A program made the translations under genes and the position numbers. A stretch of DNA of 64,000 bases, taken from contig NMRA01000149.1 in assembly GCA_002633005.1 (NCBI GenBank), positions 564,192 to 628,191 of the forward strand, given 5' to 3'. Below the pieces are notes generated by a model that searched no databases, was not told the DNA's origin, and was given only the letters and a program-made list of their open reading frames with translations. Of the stretch, positions 27,001 through 39,000 are shown one piece after another. Positions within the stretch are counted from its first letter, which is position 1, and every line of letters starts with the position of its first letter. Source of the stretch: Phoronis australis. Lineage: Eukaryota > Animalia > Phoronida.

Positions 27001-30000
27001 TGTATCAGACTTGTGCAGGCCGTGCATGTGGGCCCATTGCATTGATCACCTGGAACTATTTTTGCGCTTTATTAATAGTCAAAGTCGAGCTGAGGAGCTA
27101 GAAATCTGACTCAAGGGTCTAGCAGTGTGGCCCTGCAAGACTCGAACCCATGACTTCTAGTGAAAAAAGCGGTCACACTAGGCTACACTAGGCCACACTT
27201 GCCACACTAGGCCACACTTACCACACTAGGCCACACTAGGCCACACTTGCTACACTAGGCCACATTTACCACACTTGCCACACCACACTAGGCCACATTG
27301 CCTCCTCTGGGAACTGATCAGTTCTCCCAACACTTCATGTTTGCATTTTTAATTTTTCCTCAAATTCCTTTTTTCCACAAATTTGTAGGTTTTCCTAATG
27401 TTTTGTCAAGGTTTGTTGATGAGTAAATTTTTTTTAGTCTAACGAATAAACATCTAATTATCAGAACTGAAATGAAATGCAATAATCATACTAACTGTTG
27501 GTATCAGTTAGATTTTTCAGACTGTTGAGCTGTACTGTAACAATGACTCCTCTTGACACCAGAAACAGTGGTATTCTAAGACAGGCTGCCTAATATAAGG
27601 GTGTAAAAGCTGGTCATGTGTTCATTGTTCTGTTGCTAAAGTAGTGGACAAGACGGGGATTGTCTGGAATCATTTGGCTAAGTTTTGGTTTGCACTCTCC
27701 GTTTTGTGAATAAATTCAGTTGAATTTTCATTCTTTCAGTTCTTCTTTTTTATATTTGTAGTGCATTTGTTTTCCAGATTATAATGTTGGGCATAATCCA
27801 GCTGATGTTTGTGTGCATTACAATGTCACAATATCAACTGTAAATATGAAATGGTCGCTCTAAGTGCTCTACCTTTTCTTACTTTATTCCTACTCTTTTG
27901 TGAAAAGTTGTTGGGAGACCTGAATTAATGAGACAGAAAGTGTTCTTTGACTCACATTCTCAAGTTTTTGTCTCAATGCAGTTTTTCCACAGCTGTTGAC
28001 TCAATTCCAAACCTCCATCTGCCTCTCTATGGCATTGTTACAACACTCTGACTGGTGTACATTTACATATAATGGCAACTCAATTTGAACACAATTCCTG
28101 TGTATATCTTGTTCAATTTCATTTTTATGTGCCTATATATGTTGGTGCATATTGCAGTCGTCTCTGACTGGGCATCTGGTGTACACTGTTGTTTCTTCTA
28201 AACCCCTTACTTGATTTTCATGAAGTTTTTTTTTGCTGTTAAGCTGATGAAGGATGACTTTCAAATAGATTCCGGTTAGTGCTGTGCCACATAATGTACT
28301 TACTACTAAGCCAGTTGCTGGATTTTTTCACATTTGACTGATTTGTTCCTAGTGTCAAGGAGACAATACTACCCATGATTTTTGAGCCGAGCCAACTTAT
28401 ATCATGAATCTGGATGCTGCTTTTAGGTTTTTGGGCCTGTCTCATCTACTGCGTTTGATCAGGACTCTGTTTCATGAAAGTTTATTTCTCTAAGTTTGAT
28501 TGTTACCATGACATAACAATGTTTAACTAGCGCAACGTGATGTGATGGAATGACAGCATTGTTATTTTGGTCTGAGTAAAGACTAGACTAGTTTAATGAA
28601 ACCGAGCCCAACAGTTGTTGAATTCATGACTTCACAGTTTCATTCGCCATCTTGAATATTGAATTTGGTAGAGTAAACAAACCAATAGACGTATGTTTTC
28701 CATGTGAGTTATGAGTGAGTAAGGCCTGTCAAAACCAATATTTTTTGAAAGATATAGACTGCATTATCAAAAGTTTGCTTTTATGCCATTCGCAACACAT
28801 TATTTGAGATTTGTTAAAATCTCCCATTTTTCTTCCTGAGAACATCTTGTGATCAATTTTGGAGCACATTGTAAGACGTCAATGTTGTCGATAAAATTCC
28901 GATGCTTGCAAAATCGGCCACATTTTCACCCCAGAATCACTTTTCATACTGATAGTCATCAATGCAAGGAACATCCAAGTCTTTCCAATATTTCAGTCAC
29001 TAAAGCTGCGTTTTGCCCTGTTTACCTGGCTAGAAAAGAAAGTCAACTTTTACCCTCTTAAAAACGATGTCGGTATTGGTTACCGGGATAGGATTCTATT
29101 TCTGTCACCAGCAAGAATATGCTTCAGAGTTTATTGTTGTTAGCCAACCCTATAATTGCTTTGAAAATGCGCATGTACATATGCCTGGTATTGTCTATGA
29201 CTTTCGGTTTTTATTGGAAGTTAAGTCATGACAAGGAATATTATGAGACCAGTATAATTTGATTTTGATTTTGATTTTAGCCTCTTAAACAGGGTGAATG
29301 CAGCTTTTTTAAAGTCTTAATGTCATTACAAGTTATTGCCCAATGAAATTTTCTGTGTCCATGCAACCCTGCAGTATTCATTGATGGGATAAACGCAGGT
29401 GCTGGTTTCATCATTATTACTATTTTAAAAGAAATCTGCATCGTATTGTCGGGTCTCCACAGAGTACAATGTAAAAATCAGCTTGTTTACTCTGCCTAGT
29501 TCTTTACCACACTACTTATGCCCAACTCATAACCAGAGGCTCGTGTATAGACCTGACTACTCCAGTGCCTTCTGGTGGTAATTTCACTTTTCTTTGAATA
29601 TCTTTCTACCAGGATTGTATTTACCAATTCTCGGATGACTAGCACTTTGCACTAATGGAGTTGTTTTGAAATTTCAGAAATGTCTCGGTCTAGTGATTGA
29701 AAATGTTCGAAAAATGAGCTCTCGTGATATCTTTGCCATTTGCATTGCACACCATATGCACATATCAACATGTGAATTCAGTTTTTGTTGTTCATATTTT
29801 TTTCATTGCCTTGGACCTTTCATTCCAATGCCAGAGAAGTGTTTCTGAGATAAAGCCCCATCTACACACAACTGAAAACATGCCTTGGAACACAGTACTA
29901 TAATAGTGATATAGTACGAAGAGTATGGTACAACGTGTATGCAAATTTCACTGACTGTGTGAAAATTTTGTCTTGTGCCTGGTTGCATGAATAGTCCTTT

Positions 30001-33000
30001 TGCGAGTTTATAACAATAACGCGAGATTGTGTGAGACTCAACACTGACGTCACGGGAAGTGGGGCAATAGCTTGTCGTTTGGCCATTTGCCCAATACGGT
30101 AGCAGAGTGTATTCTGTTACTTTCTTCGAGTTTTTAGCCGTTTAGTTCGAAAAATGCCAAACAAGCTTTGCTGTTATGGCTAATGAAATTCAGATTTGCA
30201 CTACAATACGTTCTATCGTGTTTTGTGCTAATTTCGTCCCATGTTTTTTAAACGGGAGGTAGGCGAAATCCGCTCACTGATAAGTTTTCACCTCATCAAA
30301 AATACATTCTACACCAAAAATTATCACCTAAAACTGCGCTTACTTCTTTCAGTGATCTTTTCTGCTTCTAAACAAATCTTCGATGAAGCATAGCTACGGG
30401 AATTCAGTTGACTTTGGCGAAGAATTCCAACTCTGCTTTGTGGGTAGCCTACTGTTAACTTTGACCGCGCGCGCGATAACCACAAAGTATTTCAACTGAG
30501 TCAGGGGAGTATGAGGCAAAGGCTAACGCGAGACTGAGCGAAGCGCGAGACCTGGCGCGTGACACTTGCAAAATAGCATGAGAAAATATCAAGTGAAATT
30601 TGTAAGATTTGTTTCCCTTGGACTTTTTTCGTCAACAGGCGTGATTTCACGTAACTTCCTCAAAATTGCGCCCCATGAGTGAAACTCGAGCGAACTGCGA
30701 GGTTTTCATGGATATGTTCAAGTTATTTGTAGACTAAATTGTATCCAGAGTCAGAGTATGTGTTAATTATAACTCCATGTGCACATATGCATGTTTCATT
30801 TGATTTTATTTGCTGTATTTTGAAGTGTGTAACTTTTTATGGGGATACACTATCGCCCCTGTATGCCTGCGGCATTCAGGCCTAAACCGGGTTGAGTTCC
30901 AATTTCAGTCCGTTCACACCTTCGCACAACATAACAAGTTCACATTTTCTTCGTCCATTCACAGTTATTCCACGATCCATCTACCATCTCTAAAGTTGTG
31001 TTAACGTTTTAAGCGTAAAATTCACCACAAGAACTCCAGTAAGATTTAGCGTGTGTAGCAAAGACTCGGGGCAAAACAAGAGCAATATAGTGGGTTTTGC
31101 CCCTCTTCCGGTGACGTCACATTGACTAACGAGAAACTCGCAAGTCAGCTATTGTGGGATGTCAAGTTGACATCATGTTTTTGCACGTCATGTTGCCATT
31201 GGTGATTAATATTGTTTGTGCCAGCAGCAGTCACATTTGGCCAATGAATAAATACTGGTGTAATCCAGCTCAGGTTATCAACTGTGAACAAACAAGGCTT
31301 ATGGTATAATTTGTTTATAGTATGATTAATGATACAGAATCTGTAACTTTTAACACAAAAAACAGATTTGCACCGTAAGATATGAAATATTCACTGACAT
31401 GTCATGAAGTCGGCGACCGATTAGAGAAGTCAAAGAATTTTTTGACAGAGTGTTCAGAGTGTGGAAAAATCTCTGTATGTGATGCTGTTACTGCTGGTCA
31501 TTTGACCTTTTGTTTTGTTGAGGTCAATACTTGGAAAAACAATTCAGCCTTGAGCACTTTGATTTAGGCCCTGTGGTGCACTTGGATGAATCAGATGATG
31601 ATAGCTCAGGAGTGAGTGACAATGAGCAGGGCATACAGGCTGTGCCAAGATCACGCTTTGCAACTGTTGACAACAACAGGCTACAACAGATCTTAGACGG
31701 AGTTCACTCAGACAGCACAAAGAAATTAACTATGAGCTGTGTTAACATTTTCCGTGAATATCTACGAGAAAAAGGTTTTAATGAACATTTCGAGTCCATG
31801 ACTGCTCATGAGTTGGATCAGATTTTACAAAAATTCTACTTGGAAGTGCGCAATCAGCAAGGAGAGCTGTACAAAAAGTCATCAATGCTTGCAATCAAAC
31901 ATGCACTCAACCGCTATCTTCAGAGCTTAAAAAGTAATATGGACATCATTAGAGGAATGGATTTCAAGGAATCCAATAAAATGGCCAAAGCTATGTCTAA
32001 AGAACTTAAGAAGGCTGGCAAAGCTGGCACCGAACACGTAGTCCCAATTCTGGAAAGTGACTTGGTGGAAATGTACGACTACTTCAGCCTTGGTGACCCA
32101 GTTACACTCCAGCAAAAAGTATTTGTTGATTTAGTTCTGCACTTGGTTCGTCGCGGTCGAAAAGATCTTCGACAACTTCTTGTCACCGATTTTGAAGTCC
32201 AGGTAGATGCAGATGGAAAGCAATACATCCACTTGAAAAATCACAGAGAAGATGATGCTGAGAATTTAAGACGATTATATGAAATCAGAGGTAATGATTT
32301 TGATATGAACATGATTCCAAACCAAAAGTTGTATTAATTTTTCTTTATTTTACTAAGTGTGGTACTTTTGTGGTTTCACTGATAATTGTATTATTTCTTG
32401 GATTGCATTGTTTTCACATTATAGTGCAAAATCCTCTTGCGTGAGTAACTTCAACTTCATATTTCAATTTAAAGAGTACGTGCTATTTATTTTAATTTTT
32501 ACGATCCATTGTTTTTATATTGATGCACTTGGTATTTGTATTAAATTTAAATTACAACTATAGCCACGGCAACACCGTCAAGTGTCACTGTCTGCATATC
32601 TGGCATGGGGCTGAGAAGAATTAACTTGGACTAATCTTCTTTTTTCAGGGAGTCGAATATGTCCTGTTGTGTCCTTCCAGCTGTATCTTTCCAAATTAAA
32701 CCCCAAGTGTGAGTTCCTCTTCCAGAAGCCAAATATGGTGACTGGCCCTGCAGTATGGTACTGTAACTCACCACTAGGCCATAACACACTGGGCAGGATA
32801 CTAAGTGTTATAAGTAAAGATGCCAAGCTGTCCATGGTCTACACCAACCAAAGTCTCAAGGCCACTGCATCAATACATCTACCAAACCACGCGCAATTTG
32901 CTGGCAGGCATATCATGACTGTTCCTGGACTTAGAAATGAGCAAGTAATGAGAACTTGTGCAGTTCCCACAGGTGACCAAATGAAGGACAGAACATCAAC

Positions 33001-36000
33001 TGTTGTTAATGAAAAATATGGGTTGCCGCCTTGTAATTCAGGTGAATTTTCCCTTGGCTGTTGCTGTGCATGTAACTTATCATCCTCTAGTGGCAAATCC
33101 AGAGGAAGCTCTTTGATGATATCTTGTCTGGAAATAAGGATCTGATCAACAGGTTAACTGATACAGAACTTGACTGAATTCCAGACGCCTTGGTCACAAT
33201 CAGGGTGCAGTGTATCTGTGTGAATATTTGTTTGTTTCGTTTTCTTTCTTTCATTGTATTTATTGGTTTGTTTTGTTTACAGACTGGACATAGAATATAT
33301 TTATATGAATGTTGTAACATTGAGAAATAAGGGGCTCGTTCCAAGAAACTAGCTTAAGGTCATCATCGGTCTTAAGAATCTAAGATTTGTCTTTGTCAAA
33401 GATTTTTTTGTGATTAAATAAAGTATCTTAACTAAATTCGACTTCATGTTTCTGTCGTAACTTCAAGTAAATTCTCACTTTGTCTCAAGTCGATCTAAAG
33501 TTGTCAAGATGCCAATCATTTGAATTTATCGAGGAAATTTAATCAAACAAATTTAAGAGGTTATTGCAACCTCCAAACTGGAATGCTTCAGTCATGTAAA
33601 TTTCTTTTTTCTTCTCAAAACCCCTGACAAACGGTTGTTCATTTTGTCGTTGTTTAATTTAACCTCTAAACGTGGAGAGCTTCACTTCCATTTTGTTATG
33701 CGACTACTGTGCTTTAGCCTTACAAACCAGGGGTAACTGTTTCGAAAATGGCATTTTGTGGAAATCAGATGTCAAATCCAAAAGTTTTAGTGCCCAATCA
33801 TCTAAAGCTGATTTCTTTAATAAAATTTCTGAACATGTCTGCAGAAGAATTTGGAAAGGGGGTCTTGAGACAAATCTCCAGTTGGAAACTTTAGAGGAAC
33901 TTTCGATCACTTTCTTGGATCTGATTTAAGATGGCCTTTAGTTTTAACTTAACTAAGTTAGTTTTCTTGGAAGGGGCACCTAAGAAGTACATACAGAGCA
34001 ATGTGGATAGCAAGAAGACATTGCATGTGTTTGTCAGGTTGTAATAAAAACATAATTTAACTGTCAATGGAAACTTGTTTATTTGTTCACAGAAATAATG
34101 ACCACCAGTAACACAATAAAGCATTAAACATGTGAGCTGACTTCACACTTTCATCTTAAAAATCTTCACTTCTTTGATGGCAAAAATGAGACGCTGTTTC
34201 ATACATCAAGTTAATTTATCAAATTTTATCTAACTGCCTTGTGGACGAAGTCCAGTTTGTTGATTTCTTCTGCTCTAGTTTCTCTGTGGGCTTTTTGTGT
34301 GTGGTCTTGACTATATTACTCTATGTTCAGGTAAATGGAGAGAGCAGGTATTGCATGAAGAGAACAATCTACTAAACAGTAGGTCACATGCAATACTACT
34401 ACACCATCAATCAACAAAACTGTGTCTGTTGTCTAGGATAGCTGAGATTGGATGTTGATATGGGCACATTACCATAGCTGCTATACAAACCTGCAGTTTG
34501 CCAAAGAAAAGAAATTTTGATTATTAGCTCGTACTTCTAATAATCTGGTTTCAACTTTGTCGTTACTCAAATACTATCTTTGGAAGGAGCTGTTGGTTTG
34601 GTATTGCCTGATACCAAGACGAGCTCTTAAAGTGGCCCGCTGTTTAAGCCAACTTATTGGGTCAGGTCTCTAGAAATAAAGATTTCTAAGAACAGCAAGC
34701 TATCGGTTCTTTCCAAGCCCTCAAATCACCTCTAATCTGAAAAAGTAACAATGAAGTCAAGACCAGATTAATATGACAAGTTTCCTTAATAGTGATTTAG
34801 ATTTCTGGCAGAGGAGGCTTTAAAACATTAGAATGTTATTTAGTAATTCTCAATTATGTTTCTTGTGTTATTTCAAATACTGTGAAGAAATTTGAAAGGC
34901 ACAGGATGCAAAACTTGTTCATCTAGAACAAAACATTTATTATCAATCGACAAGAGTTATAACTATATTTTTTTAATAATAAAATTGGTCAACAAACCAC
35001 AGTTATTGTGTGTAATTCATACTTTCATTTCTCATATCTTGCACATGAGTGAGAGTGACTAGGTTTATCATAGTTTGAGAATCACTAGATTTTTGTTGGC
35101 ATTGACAAACAAACAACCTGAATGTGACCAAGGTGAGAGAAATGTTTTTGCGCAAACCTTATCAAACCATTTGCAGGAATTACCTTCATCAACTGGCAGC
35201 TTCATTTGAAACTTGACTTGTGCCAGTGTGACCATGTATTATTGGAACAGTTGTTGAACATAACAGTTCTTCACTGTAACATTACTTGTGTATTTGTCTC
35301 TTCCTGTTGTTGGTGTGTTGTATCGCTCTGAGGTTTAGATTTCATTGTTGTAGACTTACTACTCTTGTAGTGTTGAAATATTTAATATTCTGTTGATATA
35401 GGCGTTCTTCAAATTTGTCTCAAGTCTATGATAGCAAAGATTAATCGTGTAATAAAGCATCTATTGACTTCCTATCTGAATATTCATTACTTTTCTCCGA
35501 TTGTCCTCGACAGTGGTTCCAGTCCAACCTCCCCAAGCATCACTTCCTCAGATTGCCAATGTCATGTCACTAGCCCCAGCACCAAGTCAAACAGCCAGGC
35601 AGAAATCTACGGAGACAACTAAGTCATCACCAAAGACCCCTAAGGTGAGGTGTACGTCTAACCTGTTATTACCCTGTTCAGCTCTGTTATGACTATTCAA
35701 AAAGGTACCAAACGTTTTACTCTGTTTAAACCTATGTGTAAATTTGCACCTATGTCTGGAATTTGGCGCCTGTGGCTAAACTATTTATAGGCAAAATCAA
35801 GGAGCAAATTTATAAAGTAATAGGTGAGAGAATCGCATGTGTTGATATGCATTCAATTTAACGGACAAGTCAAGTTTCACTCGTCTATTATTTTATAAAT
35901 TTGAATGGAATGATTTTAAATTATTGAAAAAAAAAACATTCCAAGAAAGGGTGGATGTGCCTAAATATTCACTTATACTGTGTATGCTGTGTGATTGGTG

Positions 36001-39000
36001 TGATTTGGTCTCGCAACAGAACACTTGGCATAACTTCCAACTTCCATGTCTTTGGGCTATAATTACTCTGCGCGTGCAAGTGCAGAGTACTGTAGTTGTT
36101 CCTGAGTTTTCTTCAATTTTATTCTTATTACTCTGCGGGTACAAACGCAGAGTTTTACTGTTCTACATATTTTATCTTCTTATTACTCTGTGCGTTCAAG
36201 CGCAGAGTTTTACTGTTCTACATATTTTATCTTCTTCTTATTATTATTATTATTGCTCTGCGCATGCAAGCGCAGAGTACTGTTGTTCCTGGGTTTTCTT
36301 CAGTTTTATTACTATGTGCGTGCGAGCAGATTTTGACCTAGACACTTCAAATTCACAAGTCTTGACTGGTACGTCTAAGTCAATTCGAAATACAAAGTTT
36401 CAGGTCATTTAGTGCAACCATGGGGTCATTAGGTGCATTTTTCTTCAGAAAATTTGTCCTTTTCATTCATCAAGTATTCTGTTGTGTCAACCGTTAGACT
36501 ACTGTGATTCTCAGCATTAAGCAAACTTTTCACGGGCTTTGCAAAAATTCTCCTAAAGACGCTTATAATGCACCGGATAGGGTCAATTAGTGCAAAGGTC
36601 ATCTAACGTTCAAAATGTTATATCTAGTACATTTTTCAACGAATTCTTTTGAAGTTCAGCACACTAGTGTAAGTCACAATGCCAACTGAACGCCCTACTT
36701 TACTACGCAATAGGCCTAACCAATCAGAAAAATAGGTCGAATATCACTGAGTGCAAACTAAAATTTTAAGCTAGAGATTTCAAAATTACATATCTGTTTA
36801 GTAAATGTGATTGAGTTTGAATTCTAAATTATCAGATCATTTGGTGCGCCCATGGGGTCATTGGATTCATTTTTCTTCTGAAAGTTTGACCAATTCACTC
36901 ATGTTGTATTCTGAAGTGCTTAAAGTAAAACATCTGTGATTCTTAGCATTAACCACACTTTAAATCGAGTTTACATTTATTCCCTCATCCGGGCTCAAAA
37001 TGCACCGAAAGAGGTCAATTAGTGGAAAGTTTATCAAAATAGTAACATGTTATTTTTCCTACAATTTTAAAGAATTCTTTTTCAAATTGGTTAATGGGTT
37101 GCTGTCAGTAACTTCCCATAACAATTCGTTTAATGCACACGCGTAGAGTCCATTATTGTCACGCCGTGACAACGATCTTTTTAGTTCCACCTGCGAAATC
37201 TCTGAGTCTAGGGCCTGTTCCAAGAAAACTGACTAAGACAAGTCAATTTTAAGATAAAACTCAAGTCTTACGTCAATTCCAAGAATTTGATCTGAAAGAT
37301 GTGTTTGCATGCTCCTAACTATGCTAATGTATAGCAGGAACGAAACGACAGTGCTATTTGAACATCATCTACGCTACACTTGTAAATGTGAAAATAAAAA
37401 ATTCTGCAAATAGGTGACCTTTGCACTAATGATGTACTTTGGGGGCTCACATAACCGGCATCATGCTGTGTTGTTCCTCAACACCACATCATGATATTTA
37501 GTGGACACGATAGAGTGATTTACGGTGGATCATTTTCGACACAAAACTTGTTCTTAAAAACATTTGACAATTTTCAACCTACTTCATGTTCACATGGTAG
37601 CTATGTGTAGTGTTTCTAACGAATTTGACGAGGAGTCACAGAATAAGGAATTAGCGTGTAAGTTCCAATTTGAGTTTTTGCTTAAGTTTTGTCATAAATT
37701 TGACGTAACTTACTGGATGTGGAAGTTTCAAAGTTTGGAGGTTTGGACAAATTTCAAGTCAAAAGTGAACTTTTAATTGGTTACTTGGATTTGGCCCCTG
37801 GTCTGTTGTCCCTCTTGTTGTCTATGTAACATTCTTGGGTGCTTACTGCATGCTCTAATTGGCCCCTGGTCTGTTGCCCCTCTTGTTGTCTATGTAACAT
37901 TCTTGGGTGCTTACTGGATGCTCTAATTGGCCCCTGGTCTGTTGCCGCTCTTGTTGTCTATGTAACATTCTTGGGTGCTTACTGCATGCTCTAATTGATC
38001 ATATAAATGGTTTTAATTGGTTTTTTAATTGTTGTTTTTGCTCCTTGTGGCAAAGCCTTACCTGTGTACAAAAAATGAAACCATGAAATTTAGGTATTTT
38101 TGCCTACTGTGAGAACAAAGTTGTAATGGGAAGGTTTTGTTTTCTGTGAAGGTTTCGATGCCCCAAACCATCGTGCAAAAGGAAGTCATCATTCAGTACC
38201 CGCCTCCCAAACACGTGAAAAACAAGTCCCTTCTGTGCAAGCCTTATAGTCAGACCAAGGCTACGAGTTGCCGGCCTCACTCTCAAGCAAAGGAAACTCA
38301 GACAGGTGAGTGGTTCAAATGCATTTTGCGACAATGGTTCAGTTTTACTGTGGTAGGCTCACAAAATTGTTGAAGCAGTTCTTGATAACTTCTTGATCTT
38401 GTGAGAATGTTTAACCTCAGTGAATGTAGAAAGCTTCTATTTTGTAACTGTTCTCGTGTGTGTTCAAATTTGTTTATAATGAGTGTCTGCATTTGTTGTT
38501 TCTCAAATAGGAATTATCAACTTAATATTGAGATATCACAAGAAATGGTGTGAATTGCTTGTGATTGTATGGAATGTGTTTGGATTTGGATGTTTTCATA
38601 TTTGATTGGTTCGAGTTTTTTTGGTTATGCATTTGAGTTTCGAAGAAATTTTAATCACTGATAGTGAAACAGACCTCAGTGGATTTACTGTGAAGTTGTG
38701 ATGGTCAGAAAAATGACATATTTGAAGGTATGTGACTGGAGAACTAGTGAAGCTCAACCGGTGATCCCAGAATGACTATTAATGCTCATTGAGAAGAGAA
38801 CAGTTAGTTATTCATGATCCTTCCTCTTCTGCCTCGGGTGTTGTGTGGATGATAAAAAAGACTTCCGAAAACCCCAATCATGAAAAAGCCTTCATGGTAG
38901 CACTTTGGGAAATAGGGTTTAATATATCCTCCGTGTCACACTTTGAGGATTGTTTTGCATGTCTGGCAAATGTGGAAAAATGTGTTCAATACTTTCTCAG

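Noticed and set aside
31523-33145. Active autonomous Crypton or phage integrase from contamination
   Set aside because: Catalytic H, R and Y positions are substituted, a spliceosomal intron is present, and no flanking repeat pair was seen.
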